From NCBI GenBank assembly GCA_965216125.1, contig OZ244152.1:4244937-4308936 (forward strand): a stretch of DNA of 64,000 nt. The letters are read 5' to 3'. Below are positions 8,902 to 17,690 of the stretch, one piece after another (within the stretch, counting starts at the first letter, position 1; each line of letters begins with the position of its first letter). Under the pieces are notes generated by a model that saw only the letters and a program-made list of their open reading frames with translations, made no database searches and was not told where the DNA came from. The translations under genes and the position numbers were made by a program. The DNA is from Candidatus Multivorans sp. (GTDB lineage Bacteria; Acidobacteriota; Thermoanaerobaculia; Multivoradales; Multivoraceae).

Positions 8902-10653
8902 CTACTTGGCCCTGTTGGTTTCCGGTCCCGGTCCGGGCACAACTGGTCTTGCGTCCTCGATCCTGACCACGGGGCCACCGGCGTAGGTGTCCCACTCCAG
9001 CGCCCCGAGCACCTCGAAGAGTCCGTCGAGGTCGGGCAGTCGGTCCCGCCAGCCCCAGCCGAGCAACTGCACAGGTGGACTGGACTCCGAGCCCCGACTT
9101 CCCCCACGCCTGACCCGCAGTTTGACGTGGTCCTTGCCGAACTGGCGAGCCGGACCGCTCCGCTCCAGCGCTCCGAGCCGGACCAGCGGCCGGCGATTCC
9201 CTTCACCATACGGCTCCAACTGCGCGAGTTCGCGGAACAGACCCGGCTCGACCTGTTCCGGAGAGAGAGCCAACTCATACTCCCGGCGCCGCACGAGCAC
9301 CTCCGGCGGCCAGTCGGCGGCCTCTTCCATCTCGGCCCTCAAGGCCGGCAGTTCGGACACGTCCACAGAAAGGCCGATCGCCTGGGGATGCCCCCCGAAG
9401 CGCTCCATCCGCGCTCCGAAACCCGTTACGAAGGAGTGGAGATCGACACCGGGAATACTGCGACCCGAGCCGGTGCCCGTCTCGCCATCCACTCCCAGCA
9501 GGATCACGGGACGGTGGAACTGACGGGCGAGGCGTCCGGCGGCAATGCCGACCACGCCCCGATGCCATTCCCGACTCCAGGCCATCAGGATCCCGGGCCT
9601 GCGTCCGTCGGCTGAGAACTCCTCGGTGGCCTCCTCTACCACCCTTCGTTCCTGGGCCTGCCGCTGACGGTTCAGGGAGTCGAGCTCCCCCGCGAGGCGG
9701 TCCGCCTCGGCCGTGTCCGGAGTCAGCAGCAGACGCAGCGCCAGATCGGCGCTGGCCAGCCGGCCGGCGGCATTGAGCCTCGGCGCCAACCGAAAGGCGA
9801 CGTCCGTCGACGACACCGCGCCCTTGATGCGAGAGACCCGCATCAGGGCCTGGAGCCCCGGGGACCGTGACCTGGACAGTGCCTGCAGGCCGAGCGCGGC
9901 AATGACGCGGTTCTCGCCCACCAGGGGCACCACATCCGCGATCGTGCCGAGGCATGCGACACGCAACAGCGCGGCCAGGGGCTCCTTTCGACCGCTCCGG
10001 CGCAGCACCGCCTGCGCCAGCTTGAACGCAAGTCCGGCGCCGCAAAGGTGGCGGAAGGGATAGGTACAGCCATCCTGTTGTGGATTGACCTGGATCGCCT
10101 GCGACGGAAAGTCGCTTCCGGCAACGTGATGATCGGTCACGACCACGTCCATTCCCTGCCGGATCGCCGCCTCCACCGCCTCGTTCGAGGTCGTACCGCA
10201 GTCAACCGTGACGATCAGCGAGGCGCCCGCACGCTTCGCCTTCGCGACCTGCACGACCTGAAAGCCGTATCCCTCCGTCAACCGGTTCGGAAGGATCGGA
10301 ACGACCTCGGCAGCGAGGGCGCGCAGTACGGCGGTGAGCAGCGCGCAGGCGCTCACTCCATCGACGTCGTAGTCCCCCACCACGGCGATGGCGCCGCCGT
10401 CGCGGCAGACGGCAAGCACCCGCTCGGCCGCGGCTTCCATCCCTCTCAGCAGGAAGGGGTCGTGCAGGCCGCGGGGGTGCGGTCGGAGGAAGACCTCCGC
10501 CTCGGCCTCCGTCTGCACGCCCCTGCGGGCAAGGGGAGCGGCAAGCAACCCGTAGCCCGCCGCCAGAAGTCTTGCGGCGGACTCGGGAGCGGCCTTCTCC
10601 ACCCACTCCACCGTCTCTTCGCGGCGGCCGCCGCCTTGCTCCGGCGTCGTCAC
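8902..10653 (-). CDS. recJ: Single-stranded-DNA-specific exonuclease RecJ
   Basis: 583 aa with DHH-family motifs VVGDYDVDGVSA, DCGT and VVVTDHH. Confidence 0.9.
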   Translation of the reverse strand: MTTPEQGGGRREETVEWVEKAAPESAARLLAAGYGLLAAPLARRGVQTEAEAEVFLRPHPRGLHDPFLLRGMEAAAERVLAVCRDGGAIAVVGDYDVDGVSACALLTAVLRALAAEVVPILPNRLTEGYGFQVVQVAKAKRAGASLIVTVDCGTTSNEAVEAAIRQGMDVVVTDHHVAGSDFPSQAIQVNPQQDGCTYPFRHLCGAGLAFKLAQAVLRRSGRKEPLAALLRVACLGTIADVVPLVGENRVIAALGLQALSRSRSPGLQALMRVSRIKGAVSSTDVAFRLAPRLNAAGRLASADLALRLLLTPDTAEADRLAGELDSLNRQRQAQERRVVEEATEEFSADGRRPGILMAWSREWHRGVVGIAAGRLARQFHRPVILLGVDGETGTGSGRSIPGVDLHSFVTGFGARMERFGGHPQAIGLSVDVSELPALRAEMEEAADWPPEVLVRRREYELALSPEQVEPGLFRELAQLEPYGEGNRRPLVRLGALERSGPARQFGKDHVKLRVRRGGSRGSESSPPVQLLGWGWRDRLPDLDGLFEVLGALEWDTYAGGPVVRIEDARPVVPGPGPETNRAK

Positions 10654-13109
10654 ATCAGATCCTGCGGGTCGACATCGACAGTAATGTCAGTAGCCGGCGC
10701 CGGCACGACCGCGCCGGCCAGCCGCCGCACCTCGGCGCCGCTGGCGGAGCGCATGAGGAGCTGAAACCGCCACTCTCCCTTGAGGCGCTCGAGCGGCGCC
10801 GGCGCCGGACCCGAGAAGCGCACGCCCGCGGCGAGCGCGTGAGCCCGGGCGGCGCCCGCAAGCTCCCTGATCCGCCCCCAACCGCGTTCACGATCACGAT
10901 CGCGGACCACGATCTGGACCATGCGAGTGAACGGAGGGTAGTGGAACACCCGGCGAAACCGCATCTCCTGGCTGACGAAGGCCTCGTCATCTCCGTTCAG
11001 CACCGCCTGGATCGCATAGTGGTCCGGATGGTACGTCTGGATCACGAACCGGCCGGCACGTTCGCCGCGACCGGCCCGCCCGGCGAGCTGCGTGAGCAGC
11101 GCGTAGCCGCGCTCCGCGGCCCGAAAATCCGGGAACCCGAGGTAGGAGTCCGCGGTGAGTACCGCCGCGAGCGCAACCTCCGGAAAGTGGTGTCCCTTGG
11201 ACACCATCTGGGTACCAATCAGGATCTGTGTGCAGCCGCGGCGAAACCTCTCCAGGACCGCCGCCGGGCCTCCGACGCGCCGGGTCGCGTCCCGGTCCAG
11301 CACGTCCACGACAGCGCCCGGAAACCGGGTCTGGACCTCCTCCTCCACCCTCTCCGTGCCGGCGCCGATCGGTTGCAGGGCGTCCGCTCCGCACCCCGGG
11401 CAGAGCCGCGGCGCTTCCTCACGGCCGCCGCAGTAGTGGCAGACCAGTCTTCGCTCCCGTCGGTGAAAGCTCTTGGGCAGGCCACAATCCTCGCAGGGCA
11501 TGTTCGCGCCGCAGGCGCGACACAGTAGTTGCGGCGAGTAGCCCCGCCGGTTCCGCAGCAGGATCACCTGCTCGCCTCGCTCCAGGCTGCCTGTGATCTC
11601 GGCGATCAGGCACCCGGAGAACATCACGTCCCCCGGCCGGCGAGGGGCGCCAGCCTCCTTGCGGAGGTCGACCAGGATCGGTTCGGGAAGCGCGCCCGAC
11701 CCCACCCTGGCAGTCAGCCGGAGGTGACGATACCGTCCGCGTTCCACGTTCAGGCGGGTCTCCAGACTCGGTGTTGCGGAAACCAGCACCGCGACCGCGG
11801 AGCACGAGCGGGCCCGCACCAGAGCCAGGTCCCGCCCGCTGTAACGGGGACGCGTGTCCTGCTTGTAGGCCGTGTCCTGCTCCTCGTCGACGACGATCAG
11901 GCCCAGGTTCTGAACGGGCGCAAAGACGGCAGACCGGGAGCCAACGACGACCCGGCACTCGCCGCCGCGGACTCGCTCCCACTCCTGTTGACGCTCGGCC
12001 CTGCCGAGGTTCGAGTGCAGCAGGGCTACGAGGTCGCCGAAGCGCTGCTTCAGCGTTCGCGCCAACGCCGGCACCAAGGCGATCTCCGGCACCAGGACGA
12101 TGACGGACCGGTCGTCGTCCACCGCCGCCCGAGCCGCCTGAAGGTAGACCTCGGTCTTCCCGGAACCGGTCATGCCGCCCAGGAAGCAGGGTCGGAACTG
12201 CCGACTCCGAACCGCGGCCACCAGTTCGTCGGCCGCGACGGCCTGGTCCGGCCGCAGTTCGATCGGCTCCTCCTCGGCCTCTCCGGTCAGGCGATGGCGC
12301 GCCAGATCCATCGTCTCGATCTGAGTGAAGGGGCGGAGAACACCAAGTCGTACCAGGCGTCGAACGACCGCCGCCGAAGCACCGGTCTGGGAACGCAGCT
12401 CCTCGAGCGTCGCCGGCCGGCTCAGTTCCGCGAGGTACTCGACCACGAGGCGGCCCGCCGGAGACCGCCCGCAGGCCTGAAGCTGGGCGTCGCGGTCCCC
12501 CACCGGCAGTTCGACAGCCGTACGGTAGCGAGAACTCCGGCTACCGTGTGCGTACAACCTGATCCGACCGCTCTCCCGCCAGCTCTCGATCCGGTCGAAG
12601 AGCGTCTCCTCTCCCAGCTCGTTCCAGATCGTCGCCAGGTTCAACCGGCCCCGATCCATAAGCAGTCGTTGCAGGGCCTGACTGAGCGGGTCGCGGCAAT
12701 CGTGGAGCGCACCGCGGTTGGTGAGTTCCGCGCGCTGATCGCCCCAGCCAGTGATCTGGCCGGGCACCATGGTTCTCAGCACTTCGCCGATCGGCGCGGT
12801 GTAGTAGGAGGAGGCGAATCGGGCCATCTCCATCAGGTCGTCCGGCAGAACGGGTTCCAGGTCCACGACCGATTCGATCGGACGCAGTTGGGCTTCGACG
12901 CCGGCCGGGGGCCGGGTGGGAAGGCCCACAATCCAGCCTGTCAGACGGCGCTTGCCCACGGGTACCCGCACGCGGACGCCGACTTGGACCAGACCGCTCC
13001 AACGCCTGGCCACGCTGTAGGTCAGGGGCTCGGGCAGCGGCAGCGGCACCGCGACTTCGGCGTACTCGACGGGTTTGACGGCGCTACGCAGCCCCATCCT
13101 CCCCGGCAC
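10650..13109 (-). CDS. priA: Primosomal protein N' (replication restart helicase PriA)
   Basis: 819 aa with Walker A GGMTGSGKTEVY, DEEQD and the Cys-rich insert CRACGANMPCEDCGLPKSFHRRERRLVCHYCG. The start may be ATG 13097. Confidence 0.9.
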   Translation of the reverse strand: MPGRMGLRSAVKPVEYAEVAVPLPLPEPLTYSVARRWSGLVQVGVRVRVPVGKRRLTGWIVGLPTRPPAGVEAQLRPIESVVDLEPVLPDDLMEMARFASSYYTAPIGEVLRTMVPGQITGWGDQRAELTNRGALHDCRDPLSQALQRLLMDRGRLNLATIWNELGEETLFDRIESWRESGRIRLYAHGSRSSRYRTAVELPVGDRDAQLQACGRSPAGRLVVEYLAELSRPATLEELRSQTGASAAVVRRLVRLGVLRPFTQIETMDLARHRLTGEAEEEPIELRPDQAVAADELVAAVRSRQFRPCFLGGMTGSGKTEVYLQAARAAVDDDRSVIVLVPEIALVPALARTLKQRFGDLVALLHSNLGRAERQQEWERVRGGECRVVVGSRSAVFAPVQNLGLIVVDEEQDTAYKQDTRPRYSGRDLALVRARSCSAVAVLVSATPSLETRLNVERGRYRHLRLTARVGSGALPEPILVDLRKEAGAPRRPGDVMFSGCLIAEITGSLERGEQVILLRNRRGYSPQLLCRACGANMPCEDCGLPKSFHRRERRLVCHYCGGREEAPRLCPGCGADALQPIGAGTERVEEEVQTRFPGAVVDVLDRDATRRVGGPAAVLERFRRGCTQILIGTQMVSKGHHFPEVALAAVLTADSYLGFPDFRAAERGYALLTQLAGRAGRGERAGRFVIQTYHPDHYAIQAVLNGDDEAFVSQEMRFRRVFHYPPFTRMVQIVVRDRDRERGWGRIRELAGAARAHALAAGVRFSGPAPAPLERLKGEWRFQLLMRSASGAEVRRLAGAVVPAPATDITVDVDPQDLM

Positions 13110-13449
13110 AGTCGCCGCATACGCCGGCGGTCAACTGCGCTTCAGGCACGTGAACGCCGCAACGCTGGCACCGAAGCAGCGCGCCTGCCGGTTCGGATGA
13201 GCGAGTCGTTCCAGAGTCGGGATCGGAGGTTCCGGGAGAGGAACCGCCAGCCGTACCACGTGAACTCCTCCCGCCTCCGGCCCTGCCCGTACCGGGAGTG
13301 CCGGCGGCCGATCGTTGCAATACCTGGAGCAGGCGCAGGAAGGAGCGCGCCTCCGCGGCTCGTGGCGACCGCAGCAGGCCACGAACCATCCGCGAGACCC
13401 ACATCCACGCCACAACCAAGGCAATCAGGATGACGAGGAGCCGTGTCAC
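13084..13449 (-). CDS. Small membrane-anchored Cys-rich protein (PP0621-like pattern)
   Basis: 121 aa with an N-terminal TM LLVILIALVVAWMWV, a low-complexity linker and C-terminal CQRCGVHVPE...CGDC. First gene of the priA operon. Confidence 0.5.
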   Translation of the reverse strand: MTRLLVILIALVVAWMWVSRMVRGLLRSPRAAEARSFLRLLQVLQRSAAGTPGTGRAGGGRSSRGTAGGSSPGTSDPDSGTTRSSEPAGALLRCQRCGVHVPEAQLTAGVCGDCAGEDGAA

Positions 13450-13551
13450 GATCTACCGTTCCGGCGGCTCGGGTTCCCCTGCTGATCCCCAACCGTGTCG
13501 AATCCGGCCGGTCGAGGCCTCAGAGGCAGGACGCGCCGCGGGCCGAGAGTC

Positions 13552-14067
13552 TCAACTGGCCTTGGCCTTGGAGATCTTCTCGAGGCTGCCCGTCAGGGCC
13601 TTCTCGACCAGCTCCTCCGCTTCCTCTTCGCGGATCTCTCTGACGTGCAAGATCTCGCTGACGATGAAGTACCTCGCCTTCTCGTACATCTTCTTCTCGC
13701 GGAACGAAAGGCTCTTCTTCTGGCTCACCAGCCGGAGGTTCTTGAGCACCTGAGCGGCGTCGGTCAGGGAACCGGTCCGCATCTTGTCGAGGTTCTGCTT
13801 GTAGCGGCCCTTCCAGTCCTTGTAGACGTCGATGTTGCCGTCTTCGATCAACTGCAGCAGGTCCCTGACCTCGCGCGACTTGGCCAGGCGCCGCAGGCCC
13901 ACGCGGTCCAGGTTCTCCTCCGGCACCATGACCTTGGAGTCGTTCCCCAGCACCCGCAGGTGGTAGTAGGTTTGCTTCTCCCCGCCGTCCGGGGCGCTAA
14001 GCGCGATGCATTCCACCACGCTCACGCCGTGGTTGGGGTATACGACCTTCTCACCGACTCGGAACAC
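13552..14067 (-). CDS. carD: CarD/CdnL family transcriptional regulator
   Basis: FRVGEKVVYPNHGVSVVECI N-terminal motif. I chose GTG 14067, preceded by AGGGGG at a 6-nt spacing; the track ORF extends to 14124. Confidence 0.85.
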   Translation of the reverse strand: MFRVGEKVVYPNHGVSVVECIALSAPDGGEKQTYYHLRVLGNDSKVMVPEENLDRVGLRRLAKSREVRDLLQLIEDGNIDVYKDWKGRYKQNLDKMRTGSLTDAAQVLKNLRLVSQKKSLSFREKKMYEKARYFIVSEILHVREIREEEAEELVEKALTGSLEKISKAKAS

Positions 14068-14403
14068 TCTGAACCCCCTTGCACGGAACCCCTTCAGACA
14101 CGCGACAGTTGCCTGCCGCGACAACCATCGCCGGAACCTTCGATGCGGTTCCGAGATCGGCCCCAGTTGCTGGTCTGGATATCTCTAAGTTACGGATAGC
14201 CACACAGTTAACGGGCGCGGATTGTAGCCGAGAGGGCTCAGAACGTCAAGCCGTTCCCGCTCTATTTGCGCCTGGTTAGAACCGCCGGCTCTAAGTCCTT
14301 GAAGACGCGGACTTTGCAGCTCCAGCACTGGAAGTTGCACCGAGGCGGTGCTACTCTGCGCCACCGTCGCCGCGGCACCCCCCCAAGGGGCGCGGATTTC
14401 CAT

Positions 14404-14490
14404 GCCGGAGTGGCGGAATGGCAGACGCAGGGGACTCAAAATCCCCCGCCCCAAAAGGGCGTGTGGGTTCGACTCCCACCTCCGGCACCA
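14404..14490 (+). tRNA. tRNA-Leu(CAA), class II, CCA encoded
   Basis: Hand-folded. Acceptor gccggag/ctccggc, anticodon arm gggga-ctCAAaa-tcccc, long variable arm, T-arm gtggg-ttcgact-cccac. Confidence 0.9.
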
Positions 14491-14645
14491 CGCAGCCCAC
14501 TGAGGGCGTCCCCTGCGGGGACTCCAGTAACCCCTGCGCCCCTCGGGGCGTGTGGGTTCGACTCCCACCTCCGGCACCACGCAGCCCAACTGAGGGGGTC
14601 CCCTGCGGGGACTCCTGCAAAGGTTCGACTCCCACCTCCGGCACC
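14491..14645 (+). repeat. Two tandem partial copies of the tRNA-Leu 3' half (variable arm/T-arm/acceptor 3' strand), with GTCCCC-TGC-GGGGAC hairpin spacers
   Basis: 14457-14525 recurs at 14546-14615 (89-bp offset, about 2 differences). A third, shorter copy (ggttcgactcccacctccggcacc) lies at 14622-14645. None has a 5' acceptor strand. Confidence 0.8.
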
Positions 14646-14666
14646 GGCGGCGCCTGCCGGTGTGCG

Positions 14667-16364
14667 TCAAATGTCGGCTTCGGCGTCGTCGACGAGTTCG
14701 ATGCCCTTCTGGTCCAGCAGCATGCCGATCGCCTTGAAGTAGGCCAGCAAGGCCCGCCGGTAGCTCGTGACCGCCGCCACTTCGCGGCTTCGCGCAGCGG
14801 TCAGATCCTCCTGGATCTCAAGCACCTGAAAGCTCGTCCAGAGTCCGTTCTCGTAGCGCTTCTGGGCTGCATCGAGGTTCTTCTCCGCCAGCTCTCGCGA
14901 TACCCGGGCCGAGTCGATCTGCTTGCCCGCGGTCTCGACCGCACGGGAGGCGGTACGGACCTCGGTACGGATCGAGAGCATCAGATCCTGGAGTTCGAGG
15001 CGCCCCTGATCCAGTGCCAGTTCGGCGATCCGGCTCTGGGCCTTGGCCGACCGGTTCTGGAGCGGCTTCGAGAGGTTCAAGCCGACGTTCCAGCCCTCGA
15101 ACACTTGTCCCAGGATTCCGGTGTAGAGCTGGCCCAGGGTCGAGAAGTAGTCGAGCGAGTCGGAACGGACGTACTCCTCAGGGCACGGAGAGAACAGGTC
15201 GGCGATGCTGGGCGTACCTGGCCGCTCGCACGTCATCCGCTCGCCGCCGAGCGCGTTGCGCCCGTAGCTCACGCTCAGGTTGAGGTCGGGCCGCCTCTGG
15301 TTCTTTAGAAAACCCGAGTCGATCAACAGGGACGCGATCCGAAGCTCCTCCCGGTCGATCTCGGCCCGCCGGTCAAGCGCCCAGCTCAGCGAAGCCTCCA
15401 GGTCGATGGCGACGCGGGAGATCTCCGGCGAGGTGGTCGGCACGATCTCAAGGTCCCAGAACGAATCCTCGTCCAGATTGAGCAGCCGTCTGAGTTCATC
15501 CGCCGCGTCCTGGATCTGCGCCTGTACCCGGATGATCTCCTCCTCCCGGGTGGCGATACCGGCCTCGCTCTGCACGAGTTCAAGCGGCGCCAGCGTACCC
15601 ACCTCGATCTGGATGCGGTTCATCTCGTGGAGTTCCTCGGCCAGGGCGAGGCTCTCCTCCGCGACCTTGAGTTGCTCCTGCGCTTCGACCAGAGCCCAGT
15701 AGCCGTTTGCCACGGTCTGCACCGTGTCGACCACCTGAACCTCCAGATCTTCCAGGCTCATGTCGCTGTTCAGCCGCGCCACCTCGAGATTGCGCTCCGT
15801 GATCTCCTTGCCGCGGTTCCTGAGCAGAGGCTGGTTGAAGGCGACCTCCAGGCTGGACCGCAGACTCGGGTTGATGTCGGAGAAGCGGGAGTTCGACTGG
15901 GAACGGCTGTTCTGGAAGTTGATCGTGAAGTCGCCGCCGGACGAGATCGGCTGCCGCAACTCCACGTTCGCGGTGATCGTCTCGTTCTTGGTCACGGTGG
16001 CGCCGTCAAGCTGGGAGGCGGACGGACGGCTGTCGCTGTTCACATTGCCGTTGACCCCAACCACCAGGTCGTAGAGGCCGTACTCCTGATTGATCCGGAA
16101 CAGCGACTGCGACCGCTGGTAGCGCTGCACCAGCAGACCGAGATTGTTCTGCAGGGCGATCGCAATCGCCTCGTCCAGGTCGAGCCGAAGCTGCCGATCC
16201 ACAATGTCCAGATTGGGCGCGACCGGTTGGGTGATCCAGGTCGAGCCCACCCGCACCTGCGCTCCCGCCGGCGAAGTCGACGCCGCAAGCAGGATGAGAA
16301 CGCCACAGAGCGCGACGGTCATCGCCGCAGGCGGCAGCAGGCCGTGGCGAAAGTCGCGTTGCAT
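14667..16364 (-). CDS. TolC-family outer membrane efflux protein
   Basis: Signal peptide MTVALCGVLILLAASTSPAGAQ and an OEP-like start LDLDEAIAIALQNNLGLL, with two coiled repeat halves. Start uncertain (16322, 16364 or 16436); the track ORF extends to 16634. Confidence 0.8.
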   Translation of the reverse strand: MQRDFRHGLLPPAAMTVALCGVLILLAASTSPAGAQVRVGSTWITQPVAPNLDIVDRQLRLDLDEAIAIALQNNLGLLVQRYQRSQSLFRINQEYGLYDLVVGVNGNVNSDSRPSASQLDGATVTKNETITANVELRQPISSGGDFTINFQNSRSQSNSRFSDINPSLRSSLEVAFNQPLLRNRGKEITERNLEVARLNSDMSLEDLEVQVVDTVQTVANGYWALVEAQEQLKVAEESLALAEELHEMNRIQIEVGTLAPLELVQSEAGIATREEEIIRVQAQIQDAADELRRLLNLDEDSFWDLEIVPTTSPEISRVAIDLEASLSWALDRRAEIDREELRIASLLIDSGFLKNQRRPDLNLSVSYGRNALGGERMTCERPGTPSIADLFSPCPEEYVRSDSLDYFSTLGQLYTGILGQVFEGWNVGLNLSKPLQNRSAKAQSRIAELALDQGRLELQDLMLSIRTEVRTASRAVETAGKQIDSARVSRELAEKNLDAAQKRYENGLWTSFQVLEIQEDLTAARSREVAAVTSYRRALLAYFKAIGMLLDQKGIELVDDAEADI

Positions 16365-16717
16365 TCGAGCGGCGATGCATCCCGTCCGGCATCGTTGCTC
16401 CTCAGGCGAATATGGCTTTACTGGGAACAGGTTCATCGGGCTGCGTTCCTTCCTTCGACCGCGTTGCGACCGGAACGGCCGGAACGCATCGTGTCTCCCT
16501 CTTTGACGCGAGAGGCGCCAGGTTGTTTCACCAACCCTATGCCCCGAACTCCTCAGGCGTCGCTTGCCCGAGCCGCACGATTCCCAACCCTCGGGTCGGG
16601 CCGGCCACACCCTATCCCGTGGCGGGCCGTTCATTCACCAGATCGTAGGCGACCGCGCGCGCCTCATCCAGAGTCGCGGTCAGACGGTCCTGCGTGATTC
16701 AGGGTCGATTGCGTGAC

Positions 16718-16790
16718 GAACCCAGGTGGCGCGATTCGCGCCACCTGCGAACCACTCCTTGCGCCCGTCATCCGGGCGCAAGGAATGGCA
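16718..16790 (+). repeat. Double-hairpin intergenic element, copy A
   Basis: GAACCC, then hairpin AGGTGGCGCG-ATT-CGCGCCACCT, GCGAACCA, hairpin TTGCGCCCG-tcatc-CGGGCGCAA, then GGAATGGCA. Homologous to 26863-26933. Confidence 0.7.
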
Positions 16791-16814
16791 GCGCCATGCT
16801 ACATTCCCGCCGCG

Positions 16815-17690
16815 ATGGGCGTTCTCGAAGGCCTTCCGGCTCCCCGCCGCGGCAAGGTCCGCGACATTTACGACCTGGGCGATCGGCTGCTTCTGGTGGC
16901 CAGCGACCGCGTGTCGGCCTACGACTTCGTGCTCTCACCGGAGATTCCGGACAAGGGCAAGGTCCTGAACCAGTTGACCAACTTCTGGTTCGACCGGCTG
17001 GGAGACGTGATTCAAAATCACCTGGTCGAGACCGACGTGCGGCGCTACCCGCCGGACCTGCAGCGGCACGCGGACTTCCTGGAAGGGCGTTCCGTGCTCG
17101 TGCGCAAGGCGGAGGTGGTCCCCTACGAGTGCGTGGCGCGCGGCTATCTTGCCGGCAGCGCCTTCAAGGAGTACCAGGAGACCGGCCGGGCCTGCGGTCA
17201 CGACCTGCCGGCGGGCATGCGGCGGGCGGAGAAGCTGGACCAGCCGATCTTCACGCCGGCAACGAAGGCCGAAGAGGGCCACGACGAGAACATCGACTAC
17301 GACACTCTCGTCCGGGGTGTGGGACCTGAGATGGCGGCGACGCTGCGCCGGGTCACGCTCGATCTCTTCACGCGCGGTCGGGAACTCGCGGCGCAGCGCG
17401 GCCTGATCCTGGCGGACACGAAGTTCGAGTTCGGACTGGTCGACGGCCAACTGCTGCTGATCGACGAGGTCCTGACTCCGGACTCGTCCCGCTACTGGGA
17501 CGCCTCGGCGTGGACTCCGGGCACCGAGCCGGTGTCCTTCGACAAACAGCCGGTCCGCGACTGGGTGGCCGGCACCGGCTGGGACAAGGCTTCTCCGCCG
17601 CCGGAACTGCCACCGGAGGTCGTGAACGAGACCCGGGAGCGCTATCTCGACGCGTTCCGGCGCGTCACCGGGCGCGATCCGGTCCTATAG
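16815..17690 (+). CDS. purC: Phosphoribosylaminoimidazole-succinocarboxamide synthase (SAICAR synthetase)
   Basis: GKVRDIYDLGDRLLLVASDRVSAYDFVL and LADTKFEFG motifs. Start chosen by distance to GKVR; 16785 and 16713 are alternatives. Confidence 0.9.
   Translation: MGVLEGLPAPRRGKVRDIYDLGDRLLLVASDRVSAYDFVLSPEIPDKGKVLNQLTNFWFDRLGDVIQNHLVETDVRRYPPDLQRHADFLEGRSVLVRKAEVVPYECVARGYLAGSAFKEYQETGRACGHDLPAGMRRAEKLDQPIFTPATKAEEGHDENIDYDTLVRGVGPEMAATLRRVTLDLFTRGRELAAQRGLILADTKFEFGLVDGQLLLIDEVLTPDSSRYWDASAWTPGTEPVSFDKQPVRDWVAGTGWDKASPPPELPPEVVNETRERYLDAFRRVTGRDPVL

Noticed and set aside
14404-14645. Possible CRISPR-like array (direct repeats with spacers)
   Set aside because: There are only three repeats with unequal periods (89 and 67 bp). 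The repeat is the tRNA 3' half, the spacers are themselves nearly identical, and no cas genes are present.
14185-14670. 161-aa minus-strand ORF with repeated RRWESNP/PEVGVEPT peptides (also 14351-14644 and 24496-24708)
   Set aside because: The repeats are translations of tRNA-Leu T-arm/acceptor sequence and its partial copies. This is an RNA-gene region, not coding.
16784-16798. Sigma-54-like TGGCAG-N5-TGCT at the end of double-hairpin copy A, upstream of purC
   Set aside because: The GC of the -12 element is one nt too close to the GG (TGCT instead of TTGC). Sigma-54 is intolerant of spacing changes. The equivalent position in copy B (TGGCACCGGCGACAG) has no -12 element.
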